DNA of 64,000 nucleotides from Octopus sinensis (Eukaryota), in assembly GCF_006345805.1 (NCBI RefSeq), contig NC_043015.1:44888001-44952000 (forward strand). Direction: 5' to 3'. Positions within the stretch are counted from its first letter, which is position 1, and every line of letters starts with the position of its first letter. This document shows, one piece after another, positions 24,962 to 38,476 of the stretch. A model generated the notes under the pieces. That model did not search any database. It worked only from the letters and a program-made list of their open reading frames with translations, and had not been told where the DNA came from. The position numbers and the translations under genes are program-made.

Positions 24962-25599
24962 TGTGTGTGTGGGTGTGTGGGTGTAACGATTGCTTCGTGT
25001 TTACTTGGAATAGTATGAAATATATTTAGAAAAAGGAGCAATCGCCTTATTTTGTTTGTTTATTTTTCTCTTCGTCTTTTTTCCGAGAATGAAACAGCTT
25101 CTGTGTAAAAGAAACTGGGTCAATGAAGAGATTATTTTTGTTATTGTTATTTTTTGCTTTTGTTGTTGTTTGTTTTGTTTGGTTTGGTTTTGCAAATATT
25201 TAGTAATTCATACTTACGATTGTTTCCACACAGATTTCACACGTACACCCGCCATACAAACATACATATACATACATGCACACACGCTTTTATACATATG
25301 TATTATGTAATATGTGTGTGTGAATGTGAGTGTATGTATGTATTGATGTATGTATGTATGTGTATATGTGTATGTATGTGTATATGTGAATGTATGTATG
25401 TTATATATATATATATATATACAAAATAAGAAAATGGAAAAATACATCTTAATCAATAATCAACTTCCAGATAATACCCAATCACATAATTTATTAAACC
25501 ACTACATATGAACATTAAGGTCAAACATAATAGTATAGAACAAAACAATGTACATCAATATATAAGTGAATATAAATAAATACAAATATAAATATAAAC

Positions 25600-25730
25600 T
25601 ACATCTTACAGCTGTTTCAGCCATGCAGATATGGGTACCTCATTATGCTCATATTAGCCATGTGTGATAGGTTAATATGTGGTGATAAATGAGACACTTA
25701 CAAAAATATCCCAAGGCCTCTTCAGATATT
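25600..25730 (-). ncRNA. PLE-type hammerhead motif with ~100-nt stem II insert
   Basis: Minus strand: CTGAAGA-GGCC...GGCT-GAAAC-AGCT-GTA-AGAT; stem I imperfect. Confidence 0.55.
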
Positions 25731-25821
25731 ATGAAGTACAAACTAAATTAAATTAAATATGAATATCAGAGGAGGTACATTGATATTAATATTCATATTG
25801 ATATTCATATTTAATTTAATT

Positions 25822-25935
<114 letters not shown>

Positions 25936-25945
25936 TACATATATA

Positions 25946-26000
25946 CTAGCAGAAATACCCGTCGTTGATTGGGTTCAGAAAGAGTCTTCAAAACTTATAC
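25946..26000 (-). mobile_element. Helitron-like 3' terminus
   Basis: Minus strand ends CCCAATCAACGACGGGTATTTCTGCTAG|T; 5' extent undefined. Confidence 0.45.
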
Positions 26001-26506
26001 CCTGATTTATGAAAGTTACTGCTTCGATATTATTGAATGTTTTGTCGCGGAATATCCGCAAGATCTTATTGCCAGGTTTCAGCCCAAAAAGTTATAATAT
26101 TTTACTAATGGGTCTGCTGATAGTCAGTCTCTTCAGTTCTTTCTCTTTTCCTATGCTGAGATTTCTTAGGTAGTCCAAATCTAATTTTTTTCGGAGGCAT
26201 TGTAGTAGGGTGAATTAATCTATAAGACAGGGGACTTAACTAATGTTAGCAAGCTTACAGATTTCACCAACGTGAAAACTGGTAAAAGTTATGGTTGAAA
26301 AGCTATTTTTACCTCTATCCGAGGGTGCCTTGAGGAAAATAAGCTGACAAAAGCACAGCCATGGTCGTGACCAATGTCCTCCAAAAATTGGAGCGGCGTG
26401 CGTGCTAATTTGTGGACGTGCATAAAGTACATTTACGTACACACACACACACATCCTGTCTTTTATAGCTATAGATATGTATGTATATATATATATATAT
26501 ATATAT

Positions 26507-26583
<77 letters not shown>

Positions 26584-26815
26584 ATATATATATATGCGCA
26601 CATTTCGCCATAATAGATCGCTAGCCACTACACATTCTTTATTTTCTCTCCTTGTTTCTTTTTGTGTTTCTTTCTGTGGGAGAACGTAGGCTTGAAACGT
26701 TAAAGACTTTTTCACTTCCCGGGCGTTATACTAATACATCTGTTTGTTGTCTACACCACCTGTCTTCGTCTTTTGTTTCTTTTTTGTTTTGTGAATTCTC
26801 CCTATATATATATAT

Positions 26816-27150
26816 CACAATTTAGGTTAGTTGTTGAAATATGTTTGTCACATAATTCAACTGCTAAAGGCAAAAACATTGCAGTTACTTTGGAGAAAAA
26901 TCTATCTTATGGTAAAAAGTTGTAAAAACACCCAGTTCGTTCAGTGTCGCCCTCACTCGGGAATCTCAGACATCGATGTTTCGAGTTTATTGACTCTTGT
27001 CGATGAGATGTACCCAAGAGAGGCAACTCTGAACGAACTGAATAAAGCTTACAGCTTTATATATAATTCATTGTAACTGCAGTGTATTTGCCTTTAGCAG
27101 TTGAAATATGTGACAAACATATTTCAGCTAACCTAAGTTAAGTTGTGATT
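26816..27150. mobile_element. Unclassified TIR element (~70-bp imperfect TIRs)
   Basis: GAAATATGTTTGTCACAT..TCAACTGCTAAAGGCAAA..TGCAGTTAC is mirrored at ~27073-27150. Confidence 0.65.
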
Positions 27151-27236
27151 ATACGTAAACACTGCTTAGCACCCTTACTCTGATATTTTTCTTGATCGGG
27201 CGATCTACTCGCTAAAATCAGTCAATGTGTTGACTG

Positions 27237-27270
<34 letters not shown>

Positions 27271-27504
27271 TAGTAATGCAATACTAGAGTATTGCTTTCC
27301 AGTAAAGAATAGCCCGTGAGGGAAAAATATCCAGTAAATATCGGTACTTCGTTGTGCTATATATTTACTTCTTTGTATATATATATATATAAGCTTTATT
27401 CAGTTCGTTCAGAGGTACCCCGCTTAGATACATCTCATCGACAAGAGTCAATAAACTCGAAACGTGCGGCGTTCAACTCCTTACGTTCGGTCGTATAACC
27501 CTAC

Positions 27505-27592
<88 letters not shown>

Positions 27593-27864
27593 CACATTCT
27601 ACGTGTACTCATTCTTCTGGAAGATGTCTCCAGAGAATGGATATTTTTTAATGAAATTTTCTACAAATATGCTTTAGATGCTTCTGATTAAATCGGGTTA
27701 TGTTGTGAAAATATGTTTCCGGAGGTGGGGAAAGGAGTTTCGGAAAATTCACATGAGAAGGCTTTCGTTACAGATAACTTTCAGAAAAATGGGTAAATTT
27801 TTGAAAAAAAATTTTCTGTGAGTACCTTTCTGAGAGTGTAAATTACGGTTATATACTCTTTACT

Positions 27865-28099
27865 CTTTACTCTCTTTTATTCTTTTACTTGTTTCAGTCA
27901 TTTGACTGCGGCCATGCTGGAGCACCGCCTTTAGTCGAGCAAATCGACCCCAGGACTTTATTCTTTGTAAGCCTAGTACTTATTCTATCGGTCTCTTTTG
28001 CCAAACCGCTAAGTTACGGGGACATGAACACACAGCATCGGTTGTCAAGCGATGTTGGGAGGATAAACACAGACACACAAACACACACATGCATATATA

Positions 28100-28141
<42 letters not shown>

Positions 28142-28343
28142 ATATATATACACACCACCCATATATGTATATACATATACACGACAGGTTTCTTTCAGTT
28201 TTCCGTCTACCAAATCCACTCACAGGCTTTGGTGGGCCCGAGGCTATAGTAGAAGACACTTGCAAGGTGCCCCGCAGTGGTACTGAACCCGGAACCATGT
28301 GGTTGATAAGCAAGCTACTTACCACGCAGCCACTCCTGCGCCT
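27865..28343 (-). mobile_element. SINE family B
   Basis: Full reverse-complement copy. Confidence 0.9.
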
Positions 28344-29043
28344 ATTATCGGAATTTAATATGAAAAAAAAATGTGTTGGGCTCGTACACATGCATACTGA
28401 CACGGGTCACATATACACAAAAATGAAATTTGAAATTTCGAAAGAAATTGTGATGTGTGGGCAGTTACCCAGGGGCTCAATTATGATCTATGAACGTTGT
28501 GTCTTTTTGTCTATAAATAATACAATAGAATCCAGTGCACTGATTTGCTCAGGGGTTTATAATACTATTAAGACGGCCCTGATTTAGGGACTCAATTAAT
28601 CATGTAATTACGAACACCCCTCTAGCGCCAAGGCTCAGAAACAACTACTTTTGCCCTTCTTTGTCTCTCCTCGCTCTCCGGTCATCCCCACCCAATCCAC
28701 TGACGCTGTTACCCAACACCTAATCTTCAGAAAACGATACAAAGCGTATACGTGTACGCATCAACGCAGAATGAATTGACCGTGTCATTCGATGCACGTA
28801 CTAACGTACATATATACATAATTGAGGTCTTAATTACACTCTGACTGAAACAGCCGACACCCAGGATGACATCAAAACAATTCAAACCCTTAATGTGTTA
28901 TTTTGCAAATTTTGTAACCACTTTCTAAGAAAATCTTTCCTGGATAGCAGCAACGGTTGTGTGAATGGCTTGTGATCAAGTTTTCTCAACGATCTAACTT
29001 CAACGCTCTTTACTGAGGCTAGTGAACGTCTGCTTTAACAACC

Positions 29044-29713
29044 GGATCTTTTCGGTTTGAACGGCAGTTTTTTAACATCTTTTCGGTTTGATCGGCAGTT
29101 TTTTAACATCTTTTCGGTTTGAACGGCAGTTTTTTAACATCTTTTCGGTTTGATCGGCAGTTTTTTAACATCTTTTCGGTTTGAACGGCAGATTTTTAAC
29201 ATCTTTTCGGTTTGAACGGCAGTTTTTTAACATCTTTTCGGTTTGAACGGCAGTTTTTTAACATCTTTTCGGTTTGAACGGCAGTTTTTTAACATCTTTT
29301 CGGTTTGATCGGCAGTTTTTTAAAATAATTTCTAGGTAACTAAAAGAATTTAAACTTCGTATACTGGTAGAATATGTTTATAAAACATCTTTTCCTCTTG
29401 GCTTTATTGAGAAAATTCTATAGTTTGTAAGATATTTGTTGTTGTTTTTTTCTTCAATTTCTGCAATTTCAACCAATCAATGACCGTCTATTGAGGTGAA
29501 AACATTCTGTGCCGTATGAATATGTCCCTCGTTTAAGAAACAGATTGGGTTTATTTACATTTGTGAAGAAAAAAAAAGATACCTTTCCCCCCACTCGTAA
29601 CCCTAACCCTAAAACAGATTGAAATGCAATAGGTCGATACTAGGGTCATAATTATGGGTGACAATTTCATATGACATCGCTAGAAAAAATTGCCGTTCAA
29701 ACCGAAAAGATCC
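29044..29713. mobile_element. Merlin-like MITE with ninefold tandem TIR expansion
   Basis: Perfect TSD TAACAACC (29036-29043 and 29714-29721); 9 x 31-bp units at 29046-29323. Confidence 0.9.
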
Positions 29714-30189
29714 TAACAACCTTCTAAAACAAAGGTGGGTGGGGGAACAATCCAAAGAACATAACTGATGGGCATAAGAGTCAACTTGTTCATTTTCTTG
29801 TTTATTCTGATTGTGTTCTTTCAACCATGAGTTTCGTTCCGTTTTTGTTTTTGTTATTTTTTTCTTACATCTCAGAGACGTTTAAACTGGATATGGCGTC
29901 TTCAGGCCTCCAACGGTAAAGAGTCTGAGTTATATTTTTTTGATTCAACCATATCTAACGATTGCAAATTTACCTCTCCACTTCTGAAAAGTTTTTAGCA
30001 TGCAAAATTTGATAACATTAGTTGGCTGCTTTGGCACTGAATTATTATCCAAAATACATACCCACTCTGTCATGAGAGTACCTGATTTTCTTTTAGAATG
30101 GGCTTGTGAAAAATTAGTGGACAAATATTAGACAGACAGATAGGCAGACAGACAGATAGATAGATAGTTAGATAGATAGGTATATATAG

Positions 30190-30296
<107 letters not shown>

Positions 30297-30418
30297 GGTA
30301 GATAACTAGGTATATATATATATATTCAAAATATATACATTCAAAATGTGACTGCATGTGTACCGTTGGCGATTTTTTTTCCTCCGTCTTCCCTTCTTTG
30401 GATCTTTCCTTTTCCTAT

Positions 30419-30453
30419 GTTTCTGACGAAGAGCTCCGCTCGAAACGTTAAAC
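30419..30453 (+). ncRNA. Minimal hammerhead motif in a PLE terminal-repeat fragment
   Basis: GTTT-CTGACGA-A-GAGC(TCC)GCTC-GAAAC-GT-T-AAAC; stem III reduced to the palindrome AACGTT. Confidence 0.7.
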
Positions 30454-30580
30454 CCTCCTTCTTTCCTTCTTTCCTGAGCATCCAATAACACTATATTTGT
30501 TCCACGTCCTCGCGTTGTTCTGTTTTCTCTTTGTGTTTTCATGTTTGGATTAACTTTATATATATATATATATATATATC

Positions 30581-30622
<42 letters not shown>

Positions 30623-30877
30623 TAAGGATATATGCACACGTTTGTGTGTGTGTATATATATATATATGAGTTTGTGTGTGTATGTAATGATTGTATGTGT
30701 CTGTGCGTGTGTAGCGATTGTTTATATTTTGTCATAGAATAACGCGAAAAGCAAGCAACATAGAGTAACAGTGAAAGAGTACATTTCAACGTATATGTGG
30801 CAACTAAGATTACAGTCCTACATACTTTTGAATGCAGGTGGTCTCTCACAAACCTCGAACTGTTCAAGTTGTTATTG

Positions 30878-30879
30878 TA

Positions 30880-30958
<79 letters not shown>

Positions 30959-31795
30959 ATGATGATGACGACGACGGCGGCGGTACCACACTTAATGATA
31001 GCGGCAGAGATGGTGGTGGTGGTGGTGGTGTCTACGTGAGATAATAATGATGATAGTGATGATTAAGATGATGGTGATGAAGATGAGGAGGAGGAAGAGA
31101 AAGAGAAGAAGCAGGAGCGGGAGAAGAAGTAGAAGAAGAAGAAGAAGAAGAAGAAGAAGAAGAAGAAGATGAAAAAGAAGAAGGAGAAGAAGAAGAAGAA
31201 GAAGAAGAAGAAGATGAAAAAGAAGAAGGAGAAGAAGGATAAGAAGAAGAAGAAGAAGAAGAAGAAGATGAAAAAGAAGAAGGAGAAGAAGGAGAAGAAG
31301 AAGGAGAAGAAGAAGAAGAAGAAGAAGAAGAAGAAGAAGATGAAAAAGAAGAAGGAGAAGAGGCGAAAAGAAGAAGAAGAAGAAGAAGAAGAAGAAGATG
31401 AAAAAGAAGAAGGATAAGAAGAAGAAAAGAAGAAGAAGAAGAAGAAGAAGAAAAGAAGAAGAAGAAGAAGAAGAAGAAGAAGAAAGGAGTGAAGTCAGAA
31501 GAGGAATACGACAAGAAGGAGAAAAGGGGATGAAGGGAAGAGGGAAGTGGGAGGGCAGAGCAGAATAAAAGGCGACGAGAAGGGGAGGATCAAAGGCGAG
31601 GGGAGCGGAGGGGATTGTGTAGGGGGGAGAGAAGGACGAGGGGAGGAGAATAAAAAGAATGGAGGACGACGATGACGACGACAACGATGATGATGATGAT
31701 GATGGTAATGATGATGGTGATGATGATGGTGATGGTGATGATGATGGTGATGGTGATGATGATGATGATGATGATGGTGATGATGGTGGTGATTG

Positions 31796-31874
<79 letters not shown>

Positions 31875-31900
31875 GATGATGGTGATGATGGTGGTGATTG

Positions 31901-31947
<47 letters not shown>

Positions 31948-31990
31948 GTGATGATGATGGTGATTGTGATGATGATGATGATGATGACAA
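30878..31990. repeat. Compound (GCT)(GAT)(GGT)(GAA)(GAT) trinucleotide arrays
   Basis: Directly visible; source of the poly-Lys, Asp, Ser and Leu ORFs. Confidence 0.97.
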
Positions 31991-32143
31991 CGTCGAAGAT
32001 AATGATGAAATATTTTGGAGTTAAAAAGAAATGGTACCCTAGTTTATGGTGAAGTAACGAATGGCAACAATGGACAACAGAATGGCTGGCACCTGTAGGA
32101 TTAAGAAACAGAATTGGGTAACATGGACAGAAGGTGAAAAGTC

Positions 32144-32572
32144 GGATCTTTTCGGTTTGAACGGCAGTTTTTTCTAGCGGCGTCATATGAAATTGTCACC
32201 CATAATTATGACCCTAGTATCGATCTATTGCATTTCAATCTGTTTTAGGGTTAGGGTTAGTTAGGGTTAGGGCTATGGGTGGGGGAAGTATCTTTTTTCT
32301 TCAGAGATTAAATAAACCCAATCTGTTTCTTAAACGAGGGACATATTCATACGGCACAGAATGTTTTCACCTCAATAGACGGTCATTGATTGGTTGAAAT
32401 TGCAGAAATTGAAGAAGAAAAACAACAAATATCTTACAAAGTATAGAATTTTCTCAATAAAGCTAAGAGAAAAAGATGTTTTATAAACACATTCTACCAG
32501 TATACGAAGTTTAAAAGTGTTTAGTTACGTGGAAATTATTTTAAAAAACTGCCGTTCAAACCGAAAAGATCC
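32144..32572. mobile_element. Merlin-like MITE
   Basis: TSD GAAAAGTC / GAAATGTC (7/8 match). Confidence 0.9.
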
Positions 32573-33665
32573 GAAATGTCTTTGAGCCACGTGAGGTACT
32601 TCAGATTGTTTGTGTTTTGTTGATGTTATTTCGGCCTGTCCGTCGTGCTTTGCTTCAGTTTACATCTGACCAAACTGGACCGAATACTCTTCCTCTTTGA
32701 AGGGACGCATTCCACTGGCCAGGCTCTCTATTTGCTCTCAACACCCGCTAGTGAAGGGCTGGGCATGCCGCGGCTACTGATGCGCAGATATGCACTGGGG
32801 TTTGCAACATCTCCAGCGCTTTCTTGACAATGAACAGGCGTGGTCGCCGTTTGTCAGACAGGATTTTTCACAGCTCGTCTCTGACTGAGCCGTAGTCTTG
32901 GATCAAGCGTAGACAGAGGCAGGGCGCTGATACCTGGTATCGTCAGGTACTCAGAGTCCACTGTCAGCCGGGCAAATGCAACGACGTTTTCGGGTGATTC
33001 TGAACGCCGACGAAAATCAATTGGCTGGTCTGTTCCGGAGGACTTCCAGGCCGGGGCCTACAGATAATTTCCAGAAATCCATAGTTTGGCAGTGCTCTCT
33101 CTATCCGCTCAGTCGAAGTCGACTCTCGGTCACTCGTTGGATCAGTGTCCTCCAGTCAGTTCTATCCCGGGCCGCTTCTTTCAGATTGGCTATGTCCATT
33201 CCGGTATCACTCTTGATGGTGTCAAGCCAGCGGGTTCTTGGTCGGCCTCTTCCTCTCTTGCCACTGACCATTCTGAGCATGATGTCCTTCTCCAGGGATT
33301 TTCTCCGCATAATGACCGAAATATGCCAATCTATGCTTGGTGATCTACTGGGAGTGGTACTGGGAGACATTGTCGGTTCGGAATAAACTCTTCAGGTATG
33401 GAAGTGCCGTCAGCAGGGCTTGCTCAAGATGCGCGCAAAGCAACGAAACTGTTGTGTACGCTCTCGCCCAGTGCTGACTTGTGGGTTTATGTTGAACACC
33501 TGCTGTCACATACAGGACAGATCCGGCTATCGACTGATCCATTGTGAAGATCGTGTCGCCACCATCCTTTGGCCAGGAAGGACCGACAATGTTTCTTTGC
33601 CGAATGGTCTTAGCAAAAGAGGTTGTGTGGTGGATGAGATTAAATGAGCTGAATGCGCGACAAGG
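32573..33665 (+). mobile_element. Tx1/L1-clade LINE ORF2 C-terminal fragment, degraded
   Basis: Joined frames give LTKLDRILF..GRIPL..SICSQHPL..GLGMP..DNFQKSIVWQC[insert]YWETLSVRNKLFRYG..CSRCAQSNETVVYALAQC (zf-RVT-like Cys motif). Confidence 0.7.
33095..33345 (-). mobile_element. RTE LINE 3' end nested in the Tx1 fragment
   Basis: KHRLAYFGH/IMRRKSLEKDIML..GKRGRGRPRTRWLDTIK..EAARDRTDWR..RLRLSG*, followed by an (AG)n tail. Confidence 0.85.
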
Positions 33666-33689
33666 TGGTCTCATATTAATGTAAAATAA

Positions 33690-33990
33690 CGCATGATCAT
33701 GCAGTTAGAATTTTCTTCAAGTTGAGTTGCCCATCCCACTCAAAAGGTCCCTGAATAAATGTTGTCTAAGGATGATAAACAAAACACCCATATTTCCAGC
33801 GGTGAATTATTCAAACCCCAAAGAATTCCTCTCAACACATGGCAATGATGCTCCCCAACTTTTTCTGCTCGTGATCAGAGATGCGCATATTGTCAGCCAC
33901 TAAGGGACATGCTCAATTGGTTAAGATCAAACAACTGACAAGCAAATCTGTGGTATTAAGCAGAATATTTTCTGTAGCCCATCTTTATTA
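33690..33990 (+). mobile_element. Non-LTR retroposon 3' fragment with (ATT)n tail
   Basis: Reverse-complement homologue at ~39860-40250. Confidence 0.6.
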
Positions 33991-34002
33991 TTATTATTAT
34001 TA

Positions 34003-34034
<32 letters not shown>

Positions 34035-34039
<5 letters not shown>

Positions 34040-34279
34040 TTATGTTTGACTTTTGCTTTACATTTGTACAAGTTGGCTCCAAGTCTCACCCAGAGACCTC
34101 AAAGAGACAAGTTGGAAGTTCACGTTGGTGCTATGCCTAGGGTGCCATATATTTGGTTTTGTACATAGTTTTGTTCTAGAGAACGTTTAAGAAACCATAA
34201 GAAAATCATGTGTTTGTTTTAAAACTTGAGATTACATAGAAAGTATTTTGCGTAGGATATGAGCAGTTCCCATGAGCAC

Positions 34280-34285
<6 letters not shown>
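34035..34285 (-). mobile_element. Dong/R4-type LINE 3' end
   Basis: Minus strand encodes KVLMGTAHILRKILSM*, then a 3' UTR and (AAT)n tail; embedded in TTA microsatellite. Confidence 0.7.
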
Positions 34286-34325
<40 letters not shown>

Positions 34326-34564
34326 TATTATTATTATTATTATTACGGCGGCGAGCTGGAAGAATCATTAACGCGCTGGATGAAATGCTTTGCGGTATTT
34401 CGTCCGTCGCTACGTTCTGAGTTCATATTCCGTCGAGGTCGACTTTGCCTTTAATTTTTTTTTTCTGGGTCGATAAAGTAAGTACCAGTTTAATACTGGG
34501 GGGGGTCGATGTAATCAATTCATCTCCTCCCCCAGAACTGCTGGCCTTGTGGAAAAATTTGTTG

Positions 34565-34596
<32 letters not shown>

Positions 34597-34918
34597 GGTG
34601 GTTGGTGGTGGTGGTGGTGGTAGGCGGCGGCGGCGGCGACGGTGGAAGCAGTGGTGGTGGTGGTGGGGATGGCAGTAGAGATGGTTATAGTGATGGTGGT
34701 GATGATGATGGTGATAGTAGTGATGCTGTGGTGGTGGTGGTGGGGTGCTGCTGCTGCTGCTGATGGCGGTAATGGTGATGATGGTAATATTTTTGGTGGT
34801 GCTCTCATATTTTTGGAATATGGCCCTGTTGCTATGTTACTGCAGACTCCAGCTCCAGGTCAAAAACAATGATGGAATGTGTAACCTATTTTATTCATGT
34901 ATATACATACATAATACA

Positions 34919-34994
<76 letters not shown>

Positions 34995-35145
34995 ATATAT
35001 ATATATCTGTTGATCGGGATCCAGGCTGGTAGTTAGCTGTATATAATTGTTATTGTTACGCACCACACACACACACACGCGCCCACACACACACACGCGC
35101 CCACACACACACACACACACGCCCACACACACACGCACACAAACA

Positions 35146-35188
<43 letters not shown>

Positions 35189-35338
35189 AACAAACGCAAA
35201 CACACATTACGTCTCCCATTAGTGAAGCAACATTTAACATCCAGTTATTAACATAATGTTAAATGTTGCATTACTAGTAGAATACATACATACATACATT
35301 ACATACATACACACACATACATACATACATACATACAC

Positions 35339-35371
<33 letters not shown>

Positions 35372-35377
35372 CATACA

Positions 35378-35408
<31 letters not shown>

Positions 35409-35560
35409 CATACATACACACACATACATACATACATACATACACACACATACATACATACATACATACATACATACATACATACATACGTACACACGTA
35501 CACACACATACATACATACATACATACATACATACATACATACATACATACATACATACA

Positions 35561-35591
<31 letters not shown>

Positions 35592-35679
35592 GTACTGTAC
35601 ATGTGTGTGTGTGTGCACCCACACACTTGCGTAGTGCCCGTCAAAAACGACGGTGTTTAGTAATTCAGTAATTGGTTAA

Positions 35680-36364
35680 CCCTTTCATTGCCGTATTTAT
35701 TTTGAGATGCTCTGTGTTTCTTTCAATTAATTTTAAATATAACAAAGAATGGATCTTTTCGGTTTCAACGGCAGTTTTTTCTAGCGGTGTCATATGAAAT
35801 TGTCACCCATAATTATAACCCTTGTATCGATTTATTGCATTTCAATCTGTTTTAGGATTAGTGTTAGTTAGGGTTAGTTAGGTTTAGGGTTAGGGTTAGG
35901 GGTGGGGGGAAGGGTATCTTTTTTTCTTCAGAAATGTAAATAAACCCAATCTGTTTCTTAAACGAGGGACATGTTCATACGGCACAGAATGTTTTCACCT
36001 CAATAGACGTCATTGATTGGTTGAAATTGCAGAAATTGAAGACAAAAAAAAAAACAACAAATATCTTACAAACTATAGAATCTTCTCAATAAAGCCAAGA
36101 GAAAAAGATGTTTTATAAACACATCCTACCAGTATACGAAGTTTAAAAGTGTTTAGTTACATGGAAATTATTTTAAAAAACTGCCGTTCAAACCGAAAAG
36201 ATCCCAAAGAATTTAGTAAAATTTAATTATCACTAAGCTAGTGTTAGGAATATGAATTGTGACTAAAGTTTGGTGGAAGATTTTAATTCAAAACTTATGA
36301 AAAAAAAAAACACATTTGTACTACCGAGCCAGGGGTGGTTTCAGCCGGGTTGGTACCGAAACGG
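35680..36364. mobile_element. piggyBac-like MITE (family of 5134-5742) with nested Merlin-like MITE
   Basis: TTAA at 35676-35679 and 36365-36368. Confidence 0.75.
35751..36204. mobile_element. Merlin-like MITE
   Basis: Perfect TSD CAAAGAAT. Confidence 0.92.
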
Positions 36365-37489
36365 TTAAAATTTCACTCCATTCCCTTCTTGCGCTTCATT
36401 TGATTTCCTTTCACTTATTCTTTTCCTTGTTACTTCGAGCTTCTTGTTTCATCGTAAGTTTCTCATCGTCGTTTTCACTGAATTCACGTCGGTTGTGTTC
36501 GTATTCTGATAACCATCTTCTTGACTGAGAGTTTTCCTATCTGTTTTGATCTCTCGTATAGTTAAAAGGTCAGCTTTCCACTTCCTTGCTTTTATACTCT
36601 CACCCTCCCGCTCCTCTTTATTGTTCGTGCTCACTCACTCACATACTTCATTATTTCTTCCCTTCCTTTCTTTTCTATCTACATACAGTTCCCTCCCTTT
36701 TTTTTCTTTTCTTCTCAGTCAAAATTTTCCCGCATATCTACTCTTCCTTCTTACACAAAGGCGCGCGCACGCACGCACCACACACACACACGTCATCCTT
36801 CCACTTTATTTATCATTAACTCGCTCTTTATACCTCTGTTATTTTATCGCATTGCCTCTGTTATTCTCTCACCCTTACACTCCTACTTTACTACTCACAC
36901 AGGATACATTATCCTCTCTCACAATTTATTCGACCCCTTTCCTATATTTCCCTGTCTACACGCATGATTGCTGAGTAACTGCTAACTATACCTTTCTCTG
37001 CCTCCCACTTATCAATGTACCTAATTTGTTTGTCTTTATAATATTTTATCTTCACCTTTCTCAGCACAGACATTCCCTTCCCTTTCCTGTTGTAGCTTGC
37101 CAGAAAGTGCTTGACACCAATAAAAGTGACCCGTAACTTAACAAATTGGAGAGAGGGATAGGGAGAAAGAGAGAGAGAGATTAGGACTGCTTATTTCCCA
37201 CTGAAAACAAGTGAACACGGGTGGAACAATTCTAGCCGGTGAATATATAAACAAGCTAAAAAGACATCATAACCAGTCATCCGAGAATTGAATGTGTGAA
37301 TCTAAGAATAGTGACTCGCACGCAAAATCAGTTTTGAATAAAATCTATTCTGCTCTATAGTATATCGTTGAGTACGTTTATGTATGATTGCATACGCTAC
37401 ACTGTTACTATTTATCTTACACACACAAGCACACGCACGCACACATGCACGCACGCATACACACACGCACACGTACACACACGCACACA

Positions 37490-37538
<49 letters not shown>

Positions 37539-37659
37539 TATATACATGCAGACAGACATATAGAGATTGACATTCGTTCATACATGTAAATGTGTGTGTA
37601 AGCGCGTACGTGCGCGTGTGCTTTGGGAGTTTGGTGAGGTCTTCTGGCAATAAAAACAA

Positions 37660-37727
<68 letters not shown>

Positions 37728-37776
37728 TAGTAGTAGTAGTAGTAGTAGTAGTAGTAGCTGCAACAGCAGCAGAAGC

Positions 37777-37864
<88 letters not shown>

Positions 37865-37992
37865 ATGGTGGTGGTGGTGGTGGTGGAGGTGGTGGTTATT
37901 GTTGTTGTTTTGATGGTGGCGGAGGTGGTACTGCTGCCGCTGCCACTATTGTTCATCATTAATTAATTCAAGTAATTGATTGATTGATTGAT

Positions 37993-38025
<33 letters not shown>

Positions 38026-38178
38026 AACTGACTGACTGATTTGTCAAAGATTTTCATCACACTATATGTTAGTGGTGAGTTCAAGTATGCGTGCAAATGT
38101 AACATTATGAGCTTGTGTTCCTGCATGGTGGTGGGGTTGTTTATGGTTTAAGCATTTGTTTTCATTTCAGATATATAT

Positions 38179-38241
<63 letters not shown>

Positions 38242-38269
38242 TATATATATAGCCACTACACATTTTTTC

Positions 38270-38397
38270 TCTCCTTGTTTTTTCTGTGTCCTTTCTGTAG
38301 AAGAGCATAGGCTCGAAGCGTAAAAGACTTTTTCTATTCCTGAGCGTTATACTAATACATCTGTCTTCGTCTTTTGGTTTTTTTCATAAACCCTCTC

Positions 38398-38476
<79 letters not shown>

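Noticed and set aside
29046-29323. CRISPR-like array of 31-bp repeats
   Set aside because: No spacers; the units are the MITE TIR itself in a eukaryotic context.
29876-29915. Possible 40-nt exon with ATG (MASSGLQR)
   Set aside because: Good acceptor but weak donor (CG|GTAAAG) and no supporting downstream exon.
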